The notes under the pieces: model-generated | What the model was told of the DNA's origin: nothing | The model's input: the letters and a program-made list of their open reading frames with translations, nothing else | Database searches by the model: none | Part shown: piece after piece, positions 18,391 to 29,186 of the stretch | Position numbering within the stretch: the first letter of the stretch is position 1 | Layout: every line of letters begins with the position of its first letter | Assembly (NCBI GenBank): GCA_902500825.1 | Contig: CABVRX010000011.1 | Span: 38,409 to 102,408 of the forward strand | Source: an uncultured Nitrospira sp. | Lineage (GTDB): Bacteria; Nitrospirota; Nitrospiria; Nitrospirales; Nitrospiraceae | Direction of reading: 5' to 3' | Length of the DNA stretch: 64,000 bases | Made by a program: the position numbers and the translations under genes

Positions 18391-19176
18391 ATGGCACATC
18401 CCCCGACTTCAAGTTTCGATCACCTGTCCGAGATCGAGTTGACCGCCAAGTTGGAACCGGAACTGCTCCCGAAACATATCGCAGTCATCATGGACGGTAA
18501 CGGCCGGTGGGCGGAACTCCGCGGTCTCCCTCGCATCGCAGGCCATCGCGAAGGCATCAATTCCGTCAGAGAGATGATCACCCTCTGCCTGGAACTCGGC
18601 ATTCGTGCCCTCACCATCTATGCGTTTTCACAAGAAAATTGGAACCGCCCGACGCAAGAGATCAGTGCGCTCATGGGACTCTTAGAGCATTACCTTTCTA
18701 CAGAGCGAGCCAGCTTGATTGAGCAAAGCGTTTGTTTCCGCACCATCGGCCGCCACGAACTGCTGCCGCCGTCGGCTCAACACTGGGTTCGCACAACCGA
18801 GAAAGAAACAGCGCACCTTGATAAGCTGATCCTGACCGTGGCTCTCAGCTATGGAGGACGAGCCGAAATCGTCGACGCAGTGAAAACTCTGATAGAGGAC
18901 GTCCGGACAGGAGCTGTGCAACCAAACCTTATCGATGAAACCACGATCCAGCAGTATCTTTATACGCACCCGCTCCAGGATCCTGACTTACTGATTCGGA
19001 CGAGCGGAGAAACCAGGATCAGCAACTTTCTCCTGTGGCAACTGGCCTACACGGAGTTGTGTTTCACGCCGACCTTATGGCCGGATTTTCGGCGGCGAGA
19101 GTTCCTGCTCGCGCTGATTGAGTATCAAAGGCGGGAGCGCCGCTTTGGTCGAGTGCTGAGCACCGTGTCTTCATAG
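18391..19176 (+). CDS. uppS: Undecaprenyl diphosphate synthase
   Basis: HIAVIMDGNGRWA, FSQENWNRP, DPDLLIRTSGETRISNFLLWQ. Confidence 0.95.
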   Translation: MAHPPTSSFDHLSEIELTAKLEPELLPKHIAVIMDGNGRWAELRGLPRIAGHREGINSVREMITLCLELGIRALTIYAFSQENWNRPTQEISALMGLLEHYLSTERASLIEQSVCFRTIGRHELLPPSAQHWVRTTEKETAHLDKLILTVALSYGGRAEIVDAVKTLIEDVRTGAVQPNLIDETTIQQYLYTHPLQDPDLLIRTSGETRISNFLLWQLAYTELCFTPTLWPDFRRREFLLALIEYQRRERRFGRVLSTVSS

Positions 19177-19180
19177 CCCC

Positions 19181-20080
19181 TTGGGACAATCACCCACCAC
19201 TGAAACGATCACTTGCTCGATATCCGTGACCAACCCACCAGCACGCACCCGACGGTTCGATCTCCGGCGTCTCTATACGGCAGCGGCGCTGATCCCGGCG
19301 GTCTATGTCATCATCGTGCACCTCGCTCCATGGGCTTTGACGCTGCTGTTGATCGCCGTCGGGTCCATTGCTTTGCTGGAGTTCTATCAAATCTGTTTTC
19401 CGTCTCGGTTCAACCGTCTCGTGGCGGGAGTGGGGCTTACGGCATTTGTCCTGGTCGTAGCCCGAAATCACTTGTCTCTTGCCTTGCCGTACATTCTGGT
19501 CGCCTTAAGTCTCGTCGTGTCGATCGCTGTTTCCATATCATCATCCGGTCAGACTGATGGCCGGTGGAAAAGTATACTGATCATCCTCTTCGGCGTGCTG
19601 TATATCGGCTTTCCCCTCAGCACCGTGGGCTCGACCCGTTCCTTGCCGTCCGGTGAATTTCTCGTGCTGTTTCTGGCGGTCGTCACATGGGCTTCCGATA
19701 CCGGTGCCTACTACGCCGGGACCCTATGGGGCAAACACCCTCTCTTGCCGTCGGTGAGTCCCAAGAAGACCGTCGAGGGGGTACTCGGAGGGCTCGTCTT
19801 GGCCGTCGCTGCCGCTATAGTGGCTCAGTGGTGGTTTGCCTCACAACTCTCACAGTCGGACTCGTTGATCCTTGGAGTCCTCCTGACGGGAGCGGGCCTG
19901 TTCGGAGATCTGTTCGAATCGATGATCAAACGTCGGACGGGCGTCAAAGATTCCGGTGGAATCCTGCCCGGTCATGGCGGTATGTTGGACCGACTCGATA
20001 GTCTCTTGTTCACCGCCCCCACCTTCTACTACTATGTCGCCTACGTTTGCGGCCTATCGTCGCCTCTACAAGCGAATTGA
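19181..20080 (+). CDS. cdsA: Phosphatidate cytidylyltransferase
   Basis: SDTGAY, SPKKTVEG, GDLFESMIKR, KDSGGILPGHGGMLDRLDS. Start uncertain. Confidence 0.95.
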   Translation: MGQSPTTETITCSISVTNPPARTRRFDLRRLYTAAALIPAVYVIIVHLAPWALTLLLIAVGSIALLEFYQICFPSRFNRLVAGVGLTAFVLVVARNHLSLALPYILVALSLVVSIAVSISSSGQTDGRWKSILIILFGVLYIGFPLSTVGSTRSLPSGEFLVLFLAVVTWASDTGAYYAGTLWGKHPLLPSVSPKKTVEGVLGGLVLAVAAAIVAQWWFASQLSQSDSLILGVLLTGAGLFGDLFESMIKRRTGVKDSGGILPGHGGMLDRLDSLLFTAPTFYYYVAYVCGLSSPLQAN

Positions 20081-20091
20081 GAGGAGAGAAT

Positions 20092-21252
20092 ATGAAGTCG
20101 ATTATTATCCTGGGATCGACCGGTTCGATCGGAACCAATACGCTCGATATCGTTCGGCGGTTCCCCGAGGAATTCTGCGTCGTCGGACTGACGGCCGGCA
20201 ACAATATCGACAAGCTTGAAGCGCAGATCCGTCAGTTCACACCCACCGCGGTGGCGGTCTCTACGGAATCCTCTGCGGCCCTGCTCCGAAACCGGTGCGC
20301 CGATCTTCCGGTTGAAATCATGTCCGGCGAAGAAGGCATCATACAGGTGGCATCTGGACTGGAGGCCGAATTGGTGATTTCAGCCATCGTGGGAGCAGCC
20401 GGACTCGTTCCCACTTTGTCAGCTATCCGCAGCGGGAAGCACATTGCCTTGGCTAATAAGGAACCGATGGTGATGGCCGGCAAGTTGATGCAGGACGAAG
20501 CCCGAAAACATGGGGTCAGGATTTTCCCGGTCGATAGCGAACACAGCGCCATTTTTCAGTCATTGGAAGGACATCGGATCGAAGATGTCCGGCGATTGAT
20601 TCTCACGGCGTCCGGCGGAGCCCTCTGGACACTGACCCAGGAGCAGCTCCTGGATGTGACACCGGAACGAGCCCTGCAGCATCCCAATTGGAAGATGGGG
20701 TCCAAGATCACCATTGACTCGGCCACGTTGATGAATAAAGGATTGGAAGTTGTGGAAGCCCGCTGGCTCTTCAATATTCCCGAGTCCCACATCGACGTGT
20801 TGGTTCATCGAGAAAGCATCATTCATTCTCTGGTAGAGTATAAGGATCGGTCCATGATCGCCCAATTGGGACTTCCGGATATGCGGACCCCTATCTCCTA
20901 CGCAATGCGCCATCCTGCCAGAATGGCCCTTGACCTCCCTTCACTGGATTTAACGGAGATCGGACAGTTGACCTTTTGCAAGCCCGACCATGATCGATTT
21001 CCTTGCCTCAATCTTGGGTATGAATCGCTTCGAATCGGCGGCACCATGCCTGCCGCGATGAACGCGGCGAACGAAATCGCCGTCGAGGCGTTCCTCAACC
21101 ATGGCCTTCGCTTCAGTGAAATCCCTCAGGTCATTCGCAGTACGATGGAAGCTCATGCCCATCAGGACATTACCTGTCTTGATGATGCGCTGGAAGCGGA
21201 TCGATGGGCTCGAGAAAAGGCCGAATCGTTGGTTCATGCGTTACCTCATTGA
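20092..21252 (+). CDS. dxr: 1-deoxy-D-xylulose-5-phosphate reductoisomerase
   Basis: ILGSTGSIG, LANKE, PVDSEH, HPNWKMGSKITIDSAT. Confidence 0.97.
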   Translation: MKSIIILGSTGSIGTNTLDIVRRFPEEFCVVGLTAGNNIDKLEAQIRQFTPTAVAVSTESSAALLRNRCADLPVEIMSGEEGIIQVASGLEAELVISAIVGAAGLVPTLSAIRSGKHIALANKEPMVMAGKLMQDEARKHGVRIFPVDSEHSAIFQSLEGHRIEDVRRLILTASGGALWTLTQEQLLDVTPERALQHPNWKMGSKITIDSATLMNKGLEVVEARWLFNIPESHIDVLVHRESIIHSLVEYKDRSMIAQLGLPDMRTPISYAMRHPARMALDLPSLDLTEIGQLTFCKPDHDRFPCLNLGYESLRIGGTMPAAMNAANEIAVEAFLNHGLRFSEIPQVIRSTMEAHAHQDITCLDDALEADRWAREKAESLVHALPH

Positions 21253-21318
21253 CGATCGTTTGCATTTCACGCCGCGAATGTTAAAGTAGAACATCACACA
21301 CGTGACACGGAGTTCCTG

Positions 21319-22710
21319 ATGACATCCGTACTTGCCTGGTCCCCCGATACGTTGTGGCTGCTCCTCCAGAAAGCCTGGTGGTTTCTTGTGGTCCTTGGCG
21401 TGTTGGTCGCGTTCCATGAGCTCGGCCATTTTCTTGCCGCTCGATGGGTCGGAGTGAAAGTCCTCAAATTCTCTATCGGCTTCGGCCCGAAGTTATTCGG
21501 TCGGCAGGTCGGTGAAACCGAGTACCTTGTTTCTGCCGTACCACTCGGCGGATACGTCAAGTTGTTCGGCGAGGATGAGACGGAGGCGACAACACCCGAC
21601 GACCGCCGGCGATCGTTTTCGCACCAAGGCCTGTGGGGTAAGGTTCTGATCGTGGCGGCAGGTCCCGGGTTCAATTTTATTCTGGCCTATCTGATCTTCG
21701 CCGGATGGTTGTCCACCGGTGCGCCATTGTTTGTCCCGACGTTCCGCGATCTGAGCGCCGACGTCGAAGCCCTGGTTCCCGGTTCTCCCGCGTCACTGGC
21801 GGGAATGGAAGTCGGTGACCGCATCGTCAAGGTCGACGGCAAAGATATCTCGACCAAAACGGAATTGCTGGATATCGTCTCCAAAAGCAAGGGGCAGCCT
21901 GTCTCACTCGAAGTTCGTCGGGCGGATCAGCTGAAAACATTGACGGCGACTCCGATTCCGATTACCGGGGATGGAGCCGGTGGAGAAGAACCGCTGTATA
22001 CGATCGGTGTTGAGGAAACACCTCCGCTCGTCACTTCGGTCATGCATGGATCACCCGCTTCGCTGGCCGGGTTCAAGCCGGGCGATCGGGTCGTCGCAAT
22101 AGAAGGGCAAGCCATTTATACCTGGGCGCAAATGACCACCCAGGTAAGGGAACACCCGCAGAAATCGCTGCAACTCGATGTCCTCCGCGACGGAAAACGT
22201 ACCGCACTGACCGTCACACCCACCAGTGAAAAAGTGACGGTGAACGGGCAGACCTCAGAAGTCGGGAAAATCGGCATCTCGGGACCTGGCCGCTCGTTGA
22301 TGCGCTCCGACAACGCGGCGGAGGCTGTGTATCAAGGACTGGAAGCCACATGGGGATGGACCGAATTGACCGCGATCGGCCTCTATAAAATGATCGTGGG
22401 CGATATTTCGAGCAAGAACATCGGTGGGCCACTGACGATCGCCAATATTTCCGGTGAAGCGGCTTCCCAGGGCGCCTCCAGCGTCGTGTTCCTGATCGCC
22501 ATCCTGAGCATCAATCTTGGTGTCCTCAACTTGCTGCCGATCCCGATCCTCGACGGAGGCCACTTGCTCTTTTTCCTGATTGAGGGCATCCTGCGCAAAC
22601 CACTCGGCGAGCGGCAGCGAGAGGTTGCGCAACAAGTCGGATTGGTCTTATTGGTCGGTGTCATGATCTTCGCCTTCTGGAATGATCTGGACCGCATCTT
22701 CTCCCGCTAA
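21319..22710 (+). CDS. rseP: RIP metalloprotease RseP with two PDZ domains
   Basis: HELGH, LGGYV, NLLPIPILDGGH. Confidence 0.95.
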   Translation: MTSVLAWSPDTLWLLLQKAWWFLVVLGVLVAFHELGHFLAARWVGVKVLKFSIGFGPKLFGRQVGETEYLVSAVPLGGYVKLFGEDETEATTPDDRRRSFSHQGLWGKVLIVAAGPGFNFILAYLIFAGWLSTGAPLFVPTFRDLSADVEALVPGSPASLAGMEVGDRIVKVDGKDISTKTELLDIVSKSKGQPVSLEVRRADQLKTLTATPIPITGDGAGGEEPLYTIGVEETPPLVTSVMHGSPASLAGFKPGDRVVAIEGQAIYTWAQMTTQVREHPQKSLQLDVLRDGKRTALTVTPTSEKVTVNGQTSEVGKIGISGPGRSLMRSDNAAEAVYQGLEATWGWTELTAIGLYKMIVGDISSKNIGGPLTIANISGEAASQGASSVVFLIAILSINLGVLNLLPIPILDGGHLLFFLIEGILRKPLGERQREVAQQVGLVLLVGVMIFAFWNDLDRIFSR

Positions 22711-22717
22711 ACCTTTC

Positions 22718-24436
22718 ATGAAAACTTCTCAGTTGCTTATTCCTACCCTACGGGATGATCCCGGCGAAGCGGAAACCGTCAGTCACCGATTGATGCTGCG
22801 TGCCGGACTGATTCGAAAGGTGGCAGCCGGCATCTATACCTACCTCCCACTGGGTCTCCGTGTGATCCGGAAAGTCGAGCAGATCATCCGGGAGGAAATG
22901 AACCGCGCCGGCGCACAAGAACTGCTCATGCCGATCGCCTCTCCTGCTGAATTATGGAAAGAAACAGCCCGCTGGGACTACTACGGGAAAGAGCTTCTGC
23001 GCTTCAAGGATCGTCACGAGCGTGATTTTTGTTTGGGTCCGACGCATGAAGAAGTCATTACCGATCTGTTCAGACGAGAAGTGCGTTCCTATCGCCAACT
23101 CCCGCTCAATTTTTATCAGATCCAAACCAAATTTCGAGATGAGATCCGCCCACGATTCGGACTCATGCGAGGGCGTGAATTCATCATGAAGGATGCTTAT
23201 AGTTTCGACGTCGATGAGATCGGCGCCAAGGCCAGCTATCAAAAAATGTACGACGCCTATACCCGAGTCTTTACGCGATGTGGGCTGACCTTCCGGGCGG
23301 TTGAAGCCGACACGGGCCTCATCGGCGGGGATACATCGCATGAATTCATGGTCCTGGCTGAGACCGGCGAAGCCACTGTGGCATATAGCGCTCAGGGTTC
23401 GTACGCCGCCAATCTTGAACGGGCGGAAGTGCTCCCTCCTGCTGACGTGGATGCAGCTTCACTTCAGCCACTGACGTTGATCTCAACGCCGCAACAACGA
23501 ACGGTGGAAGACGTGACGGTCTTTTTGAAGATTACGCCTCGCCAGATCGTGAAGACCCTGCTGTACCGTGCAAGGACCGAAACCGTTGCTGTGCTGATCC
23601 GAGGGGATCACGAAGTCAACGAAGTCAAATTAGCGCGGCTCCTCAAGGTCACCGATGTTGCGTTGGCCGATCCTGAGACGGTCCAACAGCTAACTGGGGC
23701 TCCGCCCGGATTTGCCGGACCAGTCGGTCTGCAGCATGTACGAATCCTTGCGGATCACGCCGTTAGAGGAATAAAAAACGTCGTCATCGGGGCCAACAAA
23801 ACCGACATGCATTATCAGAATGCCAATCTTGATCGAGATTTTTCGGTTGAACAATTTGCCGATCTTCGCAATGCACAAGCCGGCGATCCTGCTCCTCGAG
23901 GACCAGGTGTGCTTACACTCGCCAAAGGAATCGAGGTCGGACAAGTGTTCTTACTCGGCACCAAATACAGCACTAAAATGAACGCCACCATCCTCGACGA
24001 TCAGGGTAAGGAGCGTCTTGCCATCATGGGTTGCTACGGCATTGGCGTCGGTCGGACGGCCGCCGCGGCGATCGAGCAAAATCACGATGACAAGGGCATC
24101 ATCTGGCCGTTTCCTATTGCGCCATTCCATGTCCACCTCCTGACAGTCAGCCAATCAGAAAGGACGACTGAGGCTGCAGCCCGTCTCTACACCGATTTGA
24201 TGGCGGCAGGCATCGAAGTCTTGTGGGATGATCGCGCCGATCGCGCCGGTGTCAAATTCAATGACGCCGATCTTATCGGCGCGCCGTTCCAGATCGTCGT
24301 CGGCGACAAAGGGCTTGCGGACGGTGTCGTAGAGATTAAGACTCGCCGAACCGGAACCAAATCCCGTATCGCACCAGGCGATGTTGTCGCCCATCTCAGG
24401 AAACTCTCCACCGAAGCCGATCCATCCGTTACGTGA
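22718..24436 (+). CDS. proS: Proline-tRNA ligase (bacterial type with editing insertion)
   Basis: MLRAGLIR, LGPTHEE, FRDEIRPRFGLMRGREF, GCYGIGVGR. Confidence 0.97.
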   Translation: MKTSQLLIPTLRDDPGEAETVSHRLMLRAGLIRKVAAGIYTYLPLGLRVIRKVEQIIREEMNRAGAQELLMPIASPAELWKETARWDYYGKELLRFKDRHERDFCLGPTHEEVITDLFRREVRSYRQLPLNFYQIQTKFRDEIRPRFGLMRGREFIMKDAYSFDVDEIGAKASYQKMYDAYTRVFTRCGLTFRAVEADTGLIGGDTSHEFMVLAETGEATVAYSAQGSYAANLERAEVLPPADVDAASLQPLTLISTPQQRTVEDVTVFLKITPRQIVKTLLYRARTETVAVLIRGDHEVNEVKLARLLKVTDVALADPETVQQLTGAPPGFAGPVGLQHVRILADHAVRGIKNVVIGANKTDMHYQNANLDRDFSVEQFADLRNAQAGDPAPRGPGVLTLAKGIEVGQVFLLGTKYSTKMNATILDDQGKERLAIMGCYGIGVGRTAAAAIEQNHDDKGIIWPFPIAPFHVHLLTVSQSERTTEAAARLYTDLMAAGIEVLWDDRADRAGVKFNDADLIGAPFQIVVGDKGLADGVVEIKTRRTGTKSRIAPGDVVAHLRKLSTEADPSVT

Positions 24437-24604
24437 TCCACACCAGTTCCGACCAGGGCTAGCGTCACATTTTGGGCAAATCGGGCGACAGAAATTGTCT
24501 TTTCCTTGCCTTCTCAGGTCATTGAGTTAGACTGAAATTCGATTCAGAGCGGTGACCTATCATAGCCTGGCGCCTGCCGATTCGGTGGACGACCTGATTC
24601 ATTC

Positions 24605-26956
24605 ATGTCTCGACCCCAGAGAGAACACAGCCGGATGCACGCCAAGCCGATGACCCAGAATGTCCACGAGTTGCAGCAAAAAGTCGAGCACGCGGAACAC
24701 GTCAAACGCATTACCACTCAGATTCAATCGGCCAGTAATCTCGACCACATTCTCCTCGATTTGCATAAAGACATCTTGAGTCTGTTCGATGCGGAAGATC
24801 TGACGCTGTTTGCTTTCGACTCCGAAAAGAAAGAAATTTTCTCCAAAGTCCCCCATATCGACAGTGTTGAGGAAGTCCGCATTCCCATTACTGAACAGAG
24901 TCTCGCCGGTTTCTGCGCGAAATACCTTCGCCCCGTCAACATCGCCGACGCCTACAGTATCGCCGAACTCCATGCAATCCATCCGTCCCTACTCCACGAC
25001 ACATCTTACGATAAACGCACCGGCTTCAAAACCAAACAGGTCCTGACCTATCCGATCGTCGCCGATAATAAATACTTGATGGGAGTCCTCCAACTGCTCA
25101 ATAAAAAGAGCGGGAGTCGGTTCACCCGAAAGGACGAAGAAGCCGTCGACGAGATCTCCAAAGCGCTGGGGATCGCTTTTTTCAATCTTCGGAAGGTCTC
25201 CAAAAAGAATCCCACGAAATTCGATCTCTTGGTCAGTACCAATCGGATCACCCAAAATGAACTCGATCAGGTCATCGCCGACTCTCGAAAAGGGATGAGC
25301 GACCTGGAAAGCATTCTGATCGAAAAATACAAGGTTCCTAAACTCGATATCGGGAGATCGCTCGCCCAGTTCCATAAGTGTCCGTATATCGAATACAGCG
25401 AACGCACCCTCGTCGATGTGGAACTGCTGAAGAATCTCAATGTCGATTACCTGAAAAAAAATCATTGGATGCCGCTCAAGCGAGACCGCATGGCGATCGA
25501 GATTCTGACCGACGATCCGGGCGATCTTGATCGCGTTCAAGACATCAAACGGACGTTCCCTGGTCTCAACATTCGGTTCGCCGTCAGTCTCCGCCGCGAC
25601 ATCGCCCAATTTCTGAGTTCGGCTACAGGACAGAGTGACGGAGGAGGAGGGCGCAAACTCGACGAAAATGTTTCCGACATTCTCGGTGAACTTGTCACCG
25701 AGGCGCAGGCCGAGGCGATGGAGGACTCCGCCTCCGGAGGAGGATTGGATGAAAACGACAGCGCGATCGTCCGTCTGGCCAACCAAATCATTGCCGATGC
25801 CTATCGCCAAACTGCGTCGGACATTCATATCGAGCCGTACGGAGAAAAACGCGAAACCCTTGTCCGTTTCCGAGTCGACGGTGACTGTTTCGAGTACATG
25901 AAGATCCCGCAGAGCTATCGGCGGGCTATCGTCTCCCGACTTAAGATCATGGCCAGCCTGGATATTGCCGAGCGCCGCAAGCCTCAAGATGGGAAGATCA
26001 AATTCAAGCTCTCGGAAACGAAAGAGATCGAGCTTCGCGTTGCGACTCTCCCCACAGCCGGATACAACGAAGACGTGGTCATGCGTATCCTCGCGGCAAG
26101 TGAGCCGCTGCCTCTCGACAAGATGGGGTTCTCGGAGCGGAACCTCAAAATGCTTAAGGAGATTTCAGAAAAACCCTACGGCATCATTCTGTGTGTTGGG
26201 CCGACGGGTTCCGGCAAAACGACGACGCTGCACTCAGTCCTGGGCAACATCAACACCCCGGACATCAAAATATGGACAGCCGAAGATCCAGTCGAAATTA
26301 CGCAATACGGTCTGCGTCAGGTACAGGTCCAGCCGAAGATCGGACTGACATTCGCCACCGCGATGCGCGCATTTCTTCGGGCCGACCCCGACGTCATCAT
26401 GGTGGGAGAAATGCGGGACAAAGAGACGGCTGACACCGGCATTGAAGCGTCGCTCACCGGCCATCTGGTATTGAGCACATTGCACACCAACAGCGCGGTC
26501 GAAACGATCACCCGCCTGCTCGACATGGGTTGCGATCCGTTCAGTTTTGCCGATGCCATGCTGGGTGTACTCGCACAACGATTGGCTCGTCGCATCTGCA
26601 AGGACTGCAAGGAGCAGTACATCGGAAACAAGGAGGAGTACGAAGAGCTCCGATCGGGGTACGGACCTGACTATTGGGATAAGCTCGGCATCAAACAAGA
26701 CAATACATTTAGGCTCTCTCGAGGGAAAGGGTGCGAAACATGCAATCGGTCAGGTTTCAAAGGCCGGGTCGCGTTACATGAACTTCTCTTGGGCACTGAC
26801 CACATGAAGCGAATGGTTCAGCAAAAAGCACGCACCGAAGAGATGCTGAAAACTGCGCTGGAAGAAGGGATGACGACGCTCGTACAAGACGGCATTCAAA
26901 AAGTCTTGCAAGGCCACACAACCTACAAGGAAGTCAAAGCCGTCGCCATCAAATAG
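24605..26956 (+). CDS. GspE/PilB family secretion/pilus ATPase with N-terminal GAF domain
   Basis: GAF (DKRTGFKTKQVLTYPI...GVLQLLNK), Walker A GPTGSGKT, EDPVE, DPDVIMVGE, STLHTNSA, CKDC/CETC. Confidence 0.9.
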   Translation: MSRPQREHSRMHAKPMTQNVHELQQKVEHAEHVKRITTQIQSASNLDHILLDLHKDILSLFDAEDLTLFAFDSEKKEIFSKVPHIDSVEEVRIPITEQSLAGFCAKYLRPVNIADAYSIAELHAIHPSLLHDTSYDKRTGFKTKQVLTYPIVADNKYLMGVLQLLNKKSGSRFTRKDEEAVDEISKALGIAFFNLRKVSKKNPTKFDLLVSTNRITQNELDQVIADSRKGMSDLESILIEKYKVPKLDIGRSLAQFHKCPYIEYSERTLVDVELLKNLNVDYLKKNHWMPLKRDRMAIEILTDDPGDLDRVQDIKRTFPGLNIRFAVSLRRDIAQFLSSATGQSDGGGGRKLDENVSDILGELVTEAQAEAMEDSASGGGLDENDSAIVRLANQIIADAYRQTASDIHIEPYGEKRETLVRFRVDGDCFEYMKIPQSYRRAIVSRLKIMASLDIAERRKPQDGKIKFKLSETKEIELRVATLPTAGYNEDVVMRILAASEPLPLDKMGFSERNLKMLKEISEKPYGIILCVGPTGSGKTTTLHSVLGNINTPDIKIWTAEDPVEITQYGLRQVQVQPKIGLTFATAMRAFLRADPDVIMVGEMRDKETADTGIEASLTGHLVLSTLHTNSAVETITRLLDMGCDPFSFADAMLGVLAQRLARRICKDCKEQYIGNKEEYEELRSGYGPDYWDKLGIKQDNTFRLSRGKGCETCNRSGFKGRVALHELLLGTDHMKRMVQQKARTEEMLKTALEEGMTTLVQDGIQKVLQGHTTYKEVKAVAIK

Positions 26957-27053
26957 TTTTTTGACTTACCCCGGTACAACCGACTTTTTGGAGTCAGCCC
27001 CTTCACGCCCATCCCATAACCATGTAGAATGCGCCGCCCGCTACGGAGCACTT

Positions 27054-28286
27054 ATGATCCGGACATCGGTTTTCTTAGCCTTACTACTTCTGCTCGCAGG
27101 ATGTGAATCCACGGATCGTGTACTGACGAACGCTGAGCGTGTGCTCGGCAGTCGAACCGGCAGGACCGTACTCGACATCGCCGCCGGCAAAGATCCCAAA
27201 CAAATCCTCAAAGAGCGAGCCGATGCCTATCAACGCGACCCCGAGGCCGTGGTCAGAGATCTGCGGACGATCCAACGGGATTTCAACACTATTATGACCG
27301 CATTGACAGGCCGCGTCCGACAAACCTGGGGCGAGAAGGAAGTAAAAGTCCCGGAGCAAAAGAAGTACGTGAAATACACTCAGAACTACATGAGCCGGAC
27401 CATCGTCGACTTCGATAACGGGTCAATCGTGGTGGAAACATTGGACGACAAATCGCCGAAAGAGAGCCTGAAAAACGCGATCGTCACGACCTTGCTTACT
27501 CCCGACGATCCACGCTCCGTCGATCTTTTTTCCGACAAGCCGGTCACGCTGAGCAGTGATCACCCTCCATATCTACTGGGGCTGGTGCTGGATCAGCAAG
27601 GACAACCGATCCGCAACCCGGCCCAAGCGGAAGCGTTTGCGACATCAACGATCGAGAGCGCGAAGACAAGACCCGTGGACCAAAACGGCGCGACCAAGCA
27701 AGCGTTGATCGTTGAAATCAAGATGGTCGTGAATTTCTCGAACCGACAAGCGGACAAGTATCGCGCGACCGTCGCCAGATTCGCCGAGCAATTCAAGATC
27801 AGCCCAAGCCTCATCCTTGCCGTCATTAGGACTGAGAGTAATTTCAACCCCTTTGCCGTGAGCTCCGCCCCGGCTTATGGCTTGATGCAGCTGGTTCCAA
27901 CCAGCGGAGGCCGGGACGCCTATCGAAGAGCCAAAGGGAAAGATACGATTCCATCGCGCGATTACCTGTTCGACCCGGAGAATAATATCGAGCTCGGCAG
28001 TGCCTACCTCAATGTTCTGTCCTATAATCTGCTTGAACAGATCGACAATGAAGTATCGCGGGAGTATTGCGTGATCTCGGCCTATAACACAGGCCCTCGG
28101 AACGTCTTCAAAACGTTTGCCGGTGACTCCGCAGCCGCCTTCAATCAAATCAACAGCCTCGAACCACCAGCCGTCTATGACCGATTGCGCAGTAATCTGC
28201 CGTATCAGGAAACGAGAGATTATCTCGTGAAGGTCGTCACCTTCCGCAAACAGTTCGTCTCTCTACGAGAGGATACCGAGCGTTGA
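27054..28286 (+). CDS. mltC: Membrane-bound lytic murein transglycosylase C-like lipoprotein
   Basis: Lipobox LAGC, DUF3393-like N-terminus, IRTESNFNPFAVS, GLMQL, AYNTG. Confidence 0.85.
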   Translation: MIRTSVFLALLLLLAGCESTDRVLTNAERVLGSRTGRTVLDIAAGKDPKQILKERADAYQRDPEAVVRDLRTIQRDFNTIMTALTGRVRQTWGEKEVKVPEQKKYVKYTQNYMSRTIVDFDNGSIVVETLDDKSPKESLKNAIVTTLLTPDDPRSVDLFSDKPVTLSSDHPPYLLGLVLDQQGQPIRNPAQAEAFATSTIESAKTRPVDQNGATKQALIVEIKMVVNFSNRQADKYRATVARFAEQFKISPSLILAVIRTESNFNPFAVSSAPAYGLMQLVPTSGGRDAYRRAKGKDTIPSRDYLFDPENNIELGSAYLNVLSYNLLEQIDNEVSREYCVISAYNTGPRNVFKTFAGDSAAAFNQINSLEPPAVYDRLRSNLPYQETRDYLVKVVTFRKQFVSLREDTER

Positions 28287-28316
28287 ACGACCCAGGGTGT
28301 TCGGAATGTCCGGAGG

Positions 28317-28739
28317 TCACCCGGCAAGGGTGGGAGATCGGAAGGCAAGAGACTGGCCAGACCTGGACTGGTGAGTCATGAAGGCCTGAAGATGCTTATT
28401 ATCGTTGGGAGACAGCCGCTCGAACTCTACTCCGTACGTGTGTTCTTTGCCCCACCGAACCGTAGCGGTTTCGATGAGCATCGATGCGGCCTGATTGGGC
28501 AACCGTAAGCGCATGGCGATTCGGTCGCCCGGTGTAATGACCGCTTCCGTCATGACACGCGCCCCTTTCGCGGACACGTCATAGACGATCCCCAAACCTT
28601 GTTCGACCGCCCCTTTTCTCAGGAAACCGACCCGGGCAAATGAACAGGGGAACGGAGCCGACACCCGCACCCGAGGGTGTTTGCGCAGTTGCGGGGTACT
28701 CTGTTCATTGCCGGTCCTGAGATCCAGATCATCCTTCAT
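28317..28739 (-). CDS. PilZ domain protein
   Basis: RKHPR (RxxxR) and DVSAKG (DxSxxG). Confidence 0.85.
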   Translation of the reverse strand: MKDDLDLRTGNEQSTPQLRKHPRVRVSAPFPCSFARVGFLRKGAVEQGLGIVYDVSAKGARVMTEAVITPGDRIAMRLRLPNQAASMLIETATVRWGKEHTYGVEFERLSPNDNKHLQAFMTHQSRSGQSLAFRSPTLAG

Positions 28740-28742
28740 GTT

Positions 28743-29156
28743 TTACTCTTTCGTTATACCCGAGGCATTCATGTACTCATTCAACTGCGTCAACGACGAT
28801 TGCGAGAGCGTTCTGAACACAAGTCCATGAAAGGGATGGCTCGTCCAGCAAACAGTGGCCACGGCCACCTCAGCTGGAGGAGTGCCCTTCGTCAGTCGAA
28901 GGGAGAGAAAAACCTGGTCGCCCGGCTTGATAGCAGCGTCGGTGCTCACACATACGCCGTGCAGCGACAGGTCATAGACCACGCCAACATCATGAACCGG
29001 TTTACGAAACCACCATCTGGTTCCTAGCAATGAAAGAGAACAGCCGAAGGGAATGGGGATGCGCACACGCGGATATTGCCGAACCTTGTTTCGCGCAATC
29101 GCTGGCTGCTGAATCGTCTGCATGAGAACCCACCTCGTGAGGACACTGTATCTCAC
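28743..29156 (-). CDS. PilZ domain protein
   Basis: RQYPR and DLSLHG. Confidence 0.85.
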   Translation of the reverse strand: MRYSVLTRWVLMQTIQQPAIARNKVRQYPRVRIPIPFGCSLSLLGTRWWFRKPVHDVGVVYDLSLHGVCVSTDAAIKPGDQVFLSLRLTKGTPPAEVAVATVCWTSHPFHGLVFRTLSQSSLTQLNEYMNASGITKE

Positions 29157-29186
29157 AAGGTGGATTCTGCGAACTATTTTTGAACT

